Below, one piece after another: positions 53,334-64,000 of a stretch of DNA of 64,000 bases. The stretch spans positions 434,001 to 498,000 of the forward strand of contig NOWV01000024.1 in assembly GCA_003344405.1 (NCBI GenBank), in the 5' to 3' direction. The notes beneath the pieces were generated by a model. That model saw only the letters and a program-made list of their open reading frames with translations. It was not told where the DNA came from and did not search any database. Each line of letters opens with the position of its first letter. The first letter of the stretch is position 1. The translations under genes and the position numbers were made by a program. Source of the DNA: Trichoplax sp. H2. Lineage: Eukaryota.

Positions 53334-56300
53334 ATGGCCTTGGTCAGCGATGAAGAATTAAGAGCTAAATTAATTGAATTTGGAGTAGATGTAGGTCCGA
53401 TCGATTCCAATACCAGGAAGATTTATACCAAAAAATTAGATCGTTTGATAGCCAGCAAAACGACTAGCAATAAAAGAACTCCCAAACGAAGTAGTAGAAA
53501 AACAAGAGCAACTCGAAGAACGACAGAGAATGAAGACGAAAATCAAGAAAAGTCAGTCAGTAAGAATACTTCCTTATCCAGCGCTCAAGTGAAACCCATC
53601 CATTCGGAAGAAAGAGTCAGTAGCTCGGTCAGTAAGAGACTCTATCATACTAGCTCTCCAACAGCTCGAGCTGCACAACGACCTGTCGTCATGACTAGAA
53701 TTAAAGAAACATTTTCTTCGGATGATGATGGACTTACTGTCCAGCGCACCAATATGCAAACAACCACTTCACCTTATTCTAATCCATCAACATTGGTAGC
53801 GCAAAATAAGAAAGTCGATCAGTGGCTAAGTAGTGGTAAACAGGTTCTTCGTCGCAATTTAATGTCCAATTGGGTGAGCCCAGCCAAAGACAATAATTCA
53901 AGTCAAGTCATGCATGATTCCACAGCTCAAGGCAATCAACAAAACGTGCCTAACAATTTAGTCTTACCAAAGTCACAGTATTGGCCTGTCGATATAACTC
54001 CGTTCTTATATCTATTGCTCATTATAATACTCTTGATTGCATTCGCTCGTGTAACCAATGATAGCAAGCAATATAAAGTACTATCGAAGGATATACCACA
54101 AGGTAAATGTTATCATTTTCTTATCATGTGCATCACTTCATTTTCATGGATGCTTTAGTTCATGTTGCTTACAATGGTAGCTCTATAATTGTTTAAAGAG
54201 ATGCTAAAAGTCGTATTGGCCATGTCATCTTCATCATCAGAATATTGTAAAATAGCATGATATAGCCGACCTAGTCATGGCTACTATTCAACCTATTCGT
54301 TATGAAAATGAAATTTGCACACTTTGTCGCGCTGAGCTGCTTTCTTTCCATTGATCTACAACATCCATAGAATTTATCAACTTAATCCAGAATTTTAATT
54401 GCAGCTTCTATTAATGCACTACTCAATCATGCATGCAGTATCGGGTACTAGTCGATCCAATAAAAGATGTAAGAAAATCTTCGTAAAAACGATTGCCATA
54501 CGAGTATTCTCAACCAATGATAGTGTAATGCGCAGATCTACCTGTGTGCATAACCTTAAAATTAATTAATTGAAAGCTACACTACTGTATTGGTAGTCAT
54601 ATTGATGATTATATAATAAACTCAATTGACTAGTAAAAATTGTTATTTATATTACTCGTTTTATGTAATGATCATTACTACTATTGGTGAACTTTTTACG
54701 CCATATCAATGTAACTTGAAAGTAGCATTGCCTACATCGCGAATCCATGGCCTAGCTACGGTCGTAAAAATGAGTACCAATAGTACAGATAGCAACTGTA
54801 TCGGCTGCAGGTCATTTTATATTCAATCGCTATCTTACAAAAAGTCTTACCCGCTCGGGTATATTTGTTTCGATTCATTTAGATAAACTACTCCATGATG
54901 TCAGTCGGGAAGAATGTGCAGCAATAATGACGTACCTAATGAAAGGAATCCATAAACAATCAGGTAAACCTTGTAAACGATTTATAAGCAAGCTATCAAA
55001 TTAGCAATTATAATTACTACTAGTTTTCTTACGGCTGGTATGCAACAATCTAGCAAAATACGAATGTACCCGTGGAGTTCCAGAGAGATGGATAACTTGG
55101 CATCAAGCAACGGAATTAGTAACCGAAGTGGTAACCAATGCCTGCTTTAAACTGTGATATTATGCTCCAAATAATTAGCGAAGATGTTCTACATGCTACT
55201 ATCTTTGATTAATTAAAGTTAAAGCTATTCAACTTATCATAATAGCCTAGAGGAAAAGCAACTGCTCTATTTCAGAACTAGTACTTGTATTCTTAGCTCT
55301 TAAAAGTGCCATGAAAATAAGAACTTCTAACAGTTGCTTACTATATAGATGTCCGATCGTACAATTTCAAGTAAAAAGCCGAAAAATGATACTATTAAAG
55401 GCATCCTAAAGTTATTTAGTGACCTAAGCAGTAATTTTCCCGATTGGTGCATAACGTAAGGCGGAAAGTTCTTTTGCTAACATCACGAGCTCGAACTTGT
55501 TACAATTGCAGCACTGTCAATTAATCTGTTCTAATTTCCTAGTGTTAGCGAAAGTGGCGTTGAAAATGTAACATATCACTTTCAATCTTGCCGGTCGGCC
55601 AATTTTGGATGTGTATTGTGGCGACTTGTTCAAAATTCCTTCTACTTATTCCTTGTTGTATCGATAGGTACTGCATACATAGCTGAGTAGGAAATTTTAT
55701 TTAATGATAAAATTGTCTCGCAAAGATATTGCATTCTTTTATTTTTAAATTAACTCTAAGGGTATTTTATATTTCGCTTCGTATAGTGGTTATCCCTTGT
55801 TATACATATTATACTTGGTCGGAGGAACGAAAAAGAGCGCATAAAAGATGGTCTATAGAGCTTTATAAACTGATCGATCGGATTATCGGTACAATAAGCT
55901 ATAGAAATGGTAATTCTAATCTTAATCTTAGTTCATTTTCGATTTATGACTTACATTTTATTATAGAGGTTGTCCGTACGCATTATACTGATAGCATGAA
56001 TTCCGGCGACGCTTTACCATACGTTGCAGTTTCTCACGTGCGCGACATATTAATACCACCCATTCAGAGGTATTCTTGTTGTACTAGGTATTATTTCCAT
56101 GTCTGGTAGTAAACTGATAGTATTGTAACCCTTTATAACATTAACATAGACAACGAAAGCGCAAACTGTGGAATGAGGCCGCCAACTACGTCAGCAAGAA
56201 CGATTCCCGTGTAAGGCTAGAAACACAAAGAATTGCTGGTGAAGATTTTGAGGTCTGGCGATGGACCTGTCAATCAAGTCCTGCATTGAACCACAAATTT

Positions 56301-56816
56301 AAATCATTATATTCTAGCTTACCTATTGAAAAAAATTCAGAAATTGAGCAGTTAGTTGTGCCTGGAATTGGGTTTAAAGTTTGGCAAGGGCAAATAAAAC
56401 ACACTAATAATATAATATCGAGGACGATTGAATGTAACGACAGTTGCTGCTTAAAGTTAGGGAATATGTTTGATTATGAGCTTGAAAGTGGTAGTGACTG
56501 GACCAGTAGAATACAAGATGCCATTCTGGAAAAGTGTGGAGACAGCAGTAGCATAGTCCATATACATGTGGAAAGGTATTCTAATCGTGGTTCAGTTTAC
56601 ATCAAGTGTAGTCAAATAGAAGATGCCAAAGAGACATTTAAAGCTATGCATGGCTGTATATTTGACGGTAGGATAGTTCGAGCTAGATTTATAAGTAATC
56701 AGACATATCACAGCTTGTTTCCAGATGCAGCAAAATTTAGCGAGCCGTTGAAGCCTTCAAATGATTCCGTGAGATCAATGATATTTCTTGCTGAAGCGAA
56801 TATATATCTAAGTTAA
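53334..56816 (+). CDS. LEMD3: Inner nuclear membrane protein MAN1 (LEM domain, two TM segments, MSC/winged helix, C-terminal RRM/UHM), about 8 exons
   Basis: ATG in gccATGg context at 53334. LEM domain VSDEELRAKLIEFGVDVGPIDSNTRKIYTKKL. TM1 FLYLLLIIILLIAFA. TM2 region at ~55610-55810. PYVAVSHVRDILIPP and LWNEAANYVSKNDSRVRLETQRIAGEDFEVWRW. RRM/UHM CLKLGNMFD..IQDAILEKC..IVHIHVE..GSVYIKC..MHGCIFDGRIV..YHSLFP..PLKPSN. Confidence 0.93.
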
Positions 56817-56920
56817 GCTCACAACAACGGATGGCTTTCTGATATCAAGGTGCAATTGAAACTGACGTTGTTATAGTTTTACCGTTCCTAATTCGGTGTT
56901 ATTACTTAACTTTGAAGCAT

Positions 56921-58338
56921 TTAATGGAGAGAATTGGCATTGATGATGTTCTTATACTGGTTCAAAGCTGGTATACTATGAATACATAGATACTAGCTAC
57001 ACAAATATTGTACATTCAGATTCAAACATAAAAATGGTCGAAATTTTCTTCCGCTTTTACATTGTAACACTATTGTATAAAAGCTCTTACGAATTCCATG
57101 TAAAGTTTGTAAGTTACTGCGGCTCGCTTGTTATCTTCTTGCGCTAGATCACAAGACTTTGTCAGATCTAAAATTTAATACTTGATGAATTGTAACCTCA
57201 GTTGAACTGTTATCTGTAACTACATAATTTTAGCGTGTGATATTTGCATCGCTAATACAACGTAAGTATACTGATTTTAAATTCTCTTTGCGAAACTGCA
57301 ACTTTTCGAAAAGCTATAAATGATTGTCTAATTCTTGAGATATTTAACATCAGAGGTCAGACGCTGAGAAGATTATGATACTATGATTTTAATACGACTT
57401 GTGTGATGGTCTTTAACTTCATCTTAGCTTAAAAATAAGCTTTCAAAATCATTATAAAATATAATGTTAATCAAATCAGAAAACCTGCATTTTTACGCTC
57501 GCGCATTGTTGCTGGGTATGTTGTTGTGGCCGAAATATTGCATGCAATGACAATGTTCACAAATATATAAGTAATTTGTTACTGACCATAAATGCACTTA
57601 CCATTATTCCTCGCAGCATGACACGAGATGACCTTTAATACGAGATCTTTGCTGTAAAATAGTGAACCTTTTGTGCATCTACATAAACAGTAGCTCTGAG
57701 TAACAAAGTATGGATGCATGCATTGTCAACTTTTAAAATACCGCTTACGAATGTGTGCTGTATAGTTGCAATCAGCTCTAATAATAAATATTTTATCAAT
57801 GATTGAATTAGATCAATAAATAGGCCTGCAGATTACTGAAAGTTTCTGTAGTTATGCTGCGACAGTTGTCATTTAACTAAATATTGCAAACAAATTTATG
57901 GAGCTGCCTTCCACCTCAAACAGCGTCATTGAATTAATCAGAGACTGACGTAAATTGTGATTATATGCACGTATGTGCCTATTTACTACTCAGATAACTA
58001 TAAATAAATGAAAATATTTTAATGACTCTCGAAAGGAATTAGCTAAAAATTATAATTTCGCCTCAAAATACACTAACTACACTAAATATCGCTTTTTAAC
58101 ACCCATATATACGTGATATTATTCATCCTGTAATGCATAATCTTCAGTTATGGTACAGTATTATCGACAGCTTAACCGACAGACCAATAAATACGTGTAT
58201 ATACATAAGACTAGAATTACACTTACTAGTCCTACAACCTATCGCGTTGCTGACTGTAAATATGTGAGAGTTGTCATTCAACAATGACCCATTGCATCTC
58301 GAATACATCATAACCCATGTATACCTATAGTATATCAT
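56921..58338 (-). CDS. Possible small multi-exon gene of unknown function (hand-built model)
   Basis: A run of minus-strand donor (gtaagt/gtaagc/gtaaga) and acceptor (ttttacag, ttattag, ttttag) sites. The best-supported pieces are LVLKVISCHAARNN (~57602-57650), LTKSCDLAQEDNKRAAVTYKLYMEF (~57091-57168) and YLCIHSIPALNQYKNIINANSLH* (~56921-56992). No recognisable domain. Confidence 0.25.
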
Positions 58339-59529
58339 GGGCTGCAAGGTGCACTAGTACATCTACTGTAGTAGTCCATATCTACATTAAGTGCAATATT
58401 TCCTGTTCAACAGCTGATCAGCTGACGATTGTTCGATAATCTCGTATACTATACATTTAAAAATTTCAGCAAAATAAAAATTTGATGTACCCCTACCAAG
58501 CAGCGCACATGTGATATTGACATTGACGATGCGACACATGGCTGTCTACAAATGAGTCCTGATGATTATTTTTAGTCCTCATTTTTACATCTCGCATAAC
58601 CAGAAAAGAGGCTTCTAAAGAAAACCATGTAGGAAAGTAGATACCACAAAGTTCTATAAGATTAATCAATCAGTTGTATATATAAATATCTACGTTACAT
58701 AACTATAGTCTATATATACATGGTTCAATATAGTCCTTTATTCTTCAATTCTGTCATTAAAATACTACATTTTTTTCGGAGTAAAGCTTGCTAATAAATA
58801 CAGTACATCAACTATGGTATTTGTTAAGGCTAAAATTAATAATACTAGGTACGGCTCCTATTTCCCTTAATTTATAATCATTGCATTTGGTCTATCCCGT
58901 TATTCATTTTGTAGTATTTCCAAAATTCCCGAACTAATATGACACAGTATTATATGATAGTTATTATTTGTTCATATATAGTTTGCAAGATATCGAATTA
59001 AATTGGATATCTTATGCCAAGCCATTGATACAGGAACTCCTTAATTTGCTTTAAATATGTCAATATTGCTATGATCATATAAGCGGAAAAAAGCATAGAT
59101 ATCTCACTGTAGATTTGTAGCATAAAGGTTCAATTTTTTGGATAGATAATAGTTTTATTTATACTTGAATGGAGTATTTTCAAATAATTTGGATCAACTA
59201 CAAAGACAAGACAAGGATCACTGACTCATTATCTTCTTAGTCATTATACTATGATATATTAAAGGAATTACAGTAGAGATTTAAATCATTATAATTAAAA
59301 TCCGCTTATCATTATTTTATCCTTTAGATTTTTTTGGAATTGTCCAAGTGATAGATGAAGATTAGTTCTTTCGGCACCCTCAATTTTATCATTCATAATA
59401 TAATTAATACAGAATAAATCCCTAATTTTTTAATATTATTCAATTAAGAATCTGCACATTTTCATTTCGTGCTCCCATCCTTTTGTAGCAATCGAGAACT
59501 CTTCGGCTAGTTTGAGATAATTTAGTTTC

Positions 59530-61940
59530 TTAGTTAATATTTTCGGTTGTCCTTTTAAATGGAAACATGCCAGGTAGATTATCTTCTCTTTTAAATGGAT
59601 ACCATTTGCGTTGATTATCTCCTCTTTTAAATGGAAACATACCAGGTAGATTATCTTCTCTTTTAAATGGATACCATTTGCGTTGATTATCTCCTCTTTT
59701 AAATGGAAACATGCCTGGTAGATTATCTTCTCTTTTAAATGGAAACATGCCTGGTAGATCATCTTCCCTTTTAAATGGATACCATTTACGTTGATTATCT
59801 CCTCTTTTAAATGGAAACATTCCTGGTAGTTCATCTCCTCTTTTAAATGGAAACATGCCTGGTAGATCATCTCCTCTTTTAAATGGATACCATTTACGTT
59901 GATTATCTCCTCTTTTAAATGGAAATATGCCTGGTAGGTTATCTTCTTTTTTAAATGGATACCATTTGCGTTGATTATCTCCTCTTTTAAACGGAAACAT
60001 GCCTGGTAGATCATCTTCTCTTTTAAATGGAAACATGCCAGGCAGATTGTCTTCTTTTTTAAACGGAAACATGCCTGGTAGATTGTCTTCTCTTTTAAAT
60101 GGAAACGTTCCTGGTAGATTATCATCTTTTTTAAATGGATACCATTTGAGCTGGTTATCGTCTTTCTTAAATGGATACCATTTTCGTTGGTCAGCATCCT
60201 TCTTAAATGAATACCATTTTCGTTGGCCATCTTCTTTCTTAAACGGATATCGCATTTGTCGGCTATCATGTTCCTTTGAGAGATCTCGCTTATGTTCTTC
60301 GTATTTTTTTGCTTGAATAGCGTCATCCACAAGTTTTTTATCGTCTTTCTTCTTCTCATGTAAGTCATGAGAAGACATAGCATCAGCAGCTTCACGAGCA
60401 TGATGATTGCTGCTTCTTGTCTGTGATGACGATTTCTTTTGATTATTAAGAGAGCTTTCCTTTTCGTCTTCGTTTCGATCTTGGCTCTCATTACTATTAC
60501 TTGCAGTAAAATCCTTCGCTGAATCCGTAATTGGCCGATGATGCAAGCCGCTTGCTTTATAGGACAACTTTTGAATTAAATCTTGAAGTCGATGGATTAA
60601 TCGTGCGCTATTGTCATAGTCAACAATTAGCGCGGCGCCATCAAAACTATTTGTAGGGGTTTCCTAGTGATTAGAAGCAGAATATCAATATTTTTGCAAT
60701 CACTTGGAAGACTTCTAAATCAGTATCAACTGCGATCCAGAAATATATTTGAATTTGATGCTATATCGGTAAATACAGCCGTAAGATTTCTATCTAAATA
60801 TAGCGTAAATTATTAATTTGTATCTATCAATAATGGAATTTCAATTATTAGTCGAAACGACTAGCGCAATTTAACATTATTTGCAATGCTAGTGAATGCA
60901 ACCTAAAGGTATCTTACTACGAGTAAATATACTATAACTTACATAATTATTAATTTATAAGCATCAATAATGAAATCTTTATCATTAGCTGAAATGACCA
61001 GAACAGTTCAATATCATGTTGTCTGTTTAAAAATGTAAAGTATTTAATCTGATAATAGTACATTCACTTGAGAATGGAAACGCCTTTTAAGCTCGGAAAA
61101 ATTGGCGCTAATGTCTTTATTAGCCAAGATTTAATCCATTTCATAGGACAGACTTGGTACAGAAAACAGCATTAATTAAACTGCCTTAGCATTAACTGCT
61201 GCCTATATTTTAGTCCTACCTATAACAGTTTTTATACTCCGTATATTGTAATCTACCTGCATATCTTTAAAATTTCAGTTTTAGCCTAAACTAAAACTGC
61301 TACGTTAAACATAATATTATTAATACCTAGCCGACAGGTAGATTACAACCTAGTTTTTACATCAATCTAATCGGCAATATTATACTTTAGTAATGGCTTA
61401 AAGTAGCAGTACAGATTGAATGTAGTAAGAACTGGTGCTGCTGATACAGAATAAGGAAGCTTTGATAGCCTGATACATAATTTGATTAATTTAATTAATT
61501 GGCTATTTACTGCAATAGTTCCTGCCGAGAACGAAATGGAAGTAGGAATATTCGGAAAAGTGAATATTATATATCTGATTTTATGATTAAAATTAATCTC
61601 TGAGACTAAAACTATAGTGACAATAACAGTTACTTATTTATGAGAAAGCAAAACAGCATTTTTTTTATTTACAATCGAATTGGATAAGTTAAGTACGAGT
61701 TTAAAATTGCTGATTTATGCGAAGTTAATACAAATCAAGCATTATACCTATCTCAAACAAAAGAAATTTATTTGCTGCTACCGGTATATTTTTCTTAATT
61801 TACCATGACGTTAATTTAAGTATAACATAGTACTATTTCAAGCTTTTTGTACTTACTTCATGATCATTTGCTCGAGCAAAGTTGATCGTAAAGGAAGACA
61901 CCGTTATGGTGAGTAAAATAGAGATTAGTGGAAGATTCAT
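59530..61940 (-). CDS. Neuropeptide precursor (MFPF/WYPF-type), 2 coding exons, 405 aa predicted
   Basis: Exon 1 (61940-61857) MNLPLISILLTITVSSFTINFARANDHE encodes a signal peptide and ends at a GTAAGT donor. Exon 2 (60663-59530, ctag acceptor, phase 0) is in frame with the 345-aa ORF and ends in 20 twelve-residue units, each closed by KK or KR. Confidence 0.95.
59551..60270 (-). repeat. Coding 36-bp tandem array, 20 units
   Basis: 11 units xD(N/D/E)LPG(M/T/I)FPF-K(R/K), 8 units xxxQ(R/L)KWY(P/S)F-K(K/R) and one QMRYPF-KK unit. Confidence 0.95.
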
Positions 61941-62056
61941 TTTCACAATAGGATAGCTTGAGAAAAATAAATGTGAGTAGAATATTAATTGAATTGCCGA
62001 TTAATTATTAGAGAAATATTATATTCTCATACTCATGAGCAAGAAAGCTCTCGCTC

Positions 62057-62062
62057 TTTATA
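62057..62062 (-). promoter_or_regulatory. Candidate TATA box of the neuropeptide gene
   Basis: TATAAA on the minus strand ~117 bp upstream of the ATG at 61940. Motif match only, in AT-rich DNA. Confidence 0.3.
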
Positions 62063-64000
62063 TTAAACAGTTTATCTGGGCAATATTAGCTAAAGATTGG
62101 ATATTATGCTAGAAGTAATCATTCTTTTAGTTTAAATCATTAAAAATAGATGATAAAAAATTGCCGAAATTTCAGTTACGAAAACATAATTTCAATATAG
62201 AACAAATAATTTACATCTTGTATCAAATTTTTACTACTATTGACATACGTGAGAGTATTTCAATTTAAAAATGAAATGAAACGATATCAACTTACATCCT
62301 GATGAACAAAAAAATAACGAAATACTTATTCTTTGAGCTTAGGTATCGAACAGACCCTATCTAATTTGATGTAGTCAATAATTTATTACCTTAATTTATT
62401 TAGTTATCCTGGCCGACAAGCCTTTTAATGTATTTAACCTGAAGATGAAAATTCCAAAATATGATCAACCCGTCAAGATCAAGCTCTTATATACTGTGCC
62501 ACTGAATATAATTGAAATCACAGCTATTAATAACAAGCCTTCTAGTAAAACAATTTCGATACTAACCATTTGTTAGCATCTATTCATTGCTTGATAAAAA
62601 AAATTATACCATTATGTCCAAGAATTGTTTTAGCCGATTTTGACGGAATACTATTAACTATTATTATCAAATTGCTGATTACCTTTGATGACAACTTTTA
62701 TCCCTTATTTCATCACTACTGCTTTGACCTATTAATTCCAAATGCTTAGACAACTGCTATAAAGTCTCAACTATATTTGACTATATGCTTTAAGTTAATT
62801 TAAATTTGAATACAATACTAACTTTATTAGTTAATATTTGGTTTCTTGACGAAATAAACAATTGTAAATTAATTATGTTCATTTGTGATTGCTGAAAATT
62901 GAATAAATTGTTTTCATCATCGTCACTGAACTGTTATTCAATTCCTGTTTGTCCACCTGTTTAATATGACCAGCAGCAAAGTAATGACGATTTCTTGTGG
63001 GTTATTACACCGCTAGCATTTGCAACTATTTTCATATATTTTATCGTTTTGATAACAAAATTTTTTCCTATTCTGGAGACAAAAACTGCCAAGCAAGGCT
63101 TTTCATTGCATTATATTAATAAGGCATATTGTCTTATTGATAGTTCGATCAATACTCTTGTATTACTCTATCAGTTAGAACCCAGCAGAGAATGGGACAT
63201 AATTGTCTTCCCATTAAGCTTCAGGTGAAATTCCGATATTGCAATGACAAAAAATTAAAACTATTTTCTGCTAATGATTTTTTTATATGTGAAATAATAA
63301 CTCTAGATAACTGCTTTAATAGTGGTAACAAATCAGCGTCAATATATTTAAAATTGACATTATTAAAGCATAGGCGTCATTTAACGATTGAATGATTATC
63401 CATCACCTTTAATTGCATGGATGAATAACTCAATTCTATTTAACCTTAAGATGTCGATCTATTTGAAAACATGAAGTGAACATCGTTAGTCGGAGAGACA
63501 TGTCTTAATTTGGTACGACTCATTAATAAACGCAAGCAATAAGTCAATGATTCAACACGAACAAAACGATTTTCCGTATTTTTTCCCCTTTTATTCTCTG
63601 GTAATACCTATTTTGTTGTACCCTGAGGTGATCAAAGCAAGTACTATAGGTCAGGAGATGATGGGAAATTTTCTAAATTAATTATATCATCGAAATTCAA
63701 CAGAATATTTATTAATAGAATAGTAGACAATTACTGATCAATGTAGCGTTGAAAATCCTTTCCGACAAGCATTTGATTGATAATATTAAACTTTGTATAG
63801 ATTTAATTTAATCAGTAAATGAAATAACAAGGAGGGCTGTAATCTTAGACATCTAACATAATACAATAGAATATTTTTAATTAACGATCGTCAAAAATAA
63901 TCTAAATCGTCTAATTTTTATTTATTTTTTACTAATCTAGCAAATACTGATGTACAAACCCTTGAAATGGCGCATTTTTTTGCGTGCATTTCTTTTTCTT

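Noticed and set aside
59436..60491. 351-aa overlapping alternative-frame ORF (and antisense 59999-60316)
   Set aside because: An open second frame is expected when a stop-free 36-bp unit is amplified. The dibasic-flanked frame joined to a signal exon explains the locus.
61068..61130. Possible extra exon in the neuropeptide intron (ISANFSELKRRFHSQ)
   Set aside because: There is no phase-0 acceptor before the in-frame stop, and exon 1 joins 60663 in frame without it.

Overview
AT-rich, intron-dense animal genomic DNA with many short GT-AG introns. It is most likely placozoan (Trichoplax-like); I infer this from an MFPF-type neuropeptide precursor and the compact gene structure. Exons were assembled by hand, so internal boundaries may be off by a few bases. 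From left to right: a decayed tandem copy (~0.9-2.6 kb) of the adjacent gene; an N-acylated DUF4062 + STAND-NTPase + TPR gene (TEP1/NPHP3-like, minus, 3889-14161); a ~40-exon voltage-gated Ca2+ channel alpha2delta subunit gene (plus, 20625-32626) with a U12-type AT-AC intron, a probable GC-AG intron and a 20-N gap; an unexplained hairpin-rich 2 kb interval; PINX1 (plus); a single-exon PTF/FER-family bHLH gene (minus) followed by a ~13 kb gene-free tract holding a probable BEL/Pao retroelement fossil; a composite inverted-repeat/197-bp duplication/52-bp minisatellite element; MAN1/LEMD3 (plus); a possible micro-exon orphan gene; and a two-exon secreted precursor with 20 dibasic-flanked peptide units of two interleaved types (LPGMFPF and QRKWYPF). 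The most interesting leads are the dual-peptide precursor, its proximity to alpha2delta and a PTF1-type bHLH, the intact dCache amino-acid-binding motif of the alpha2delta, and the NLR-like gene with its tandem pseudogene.
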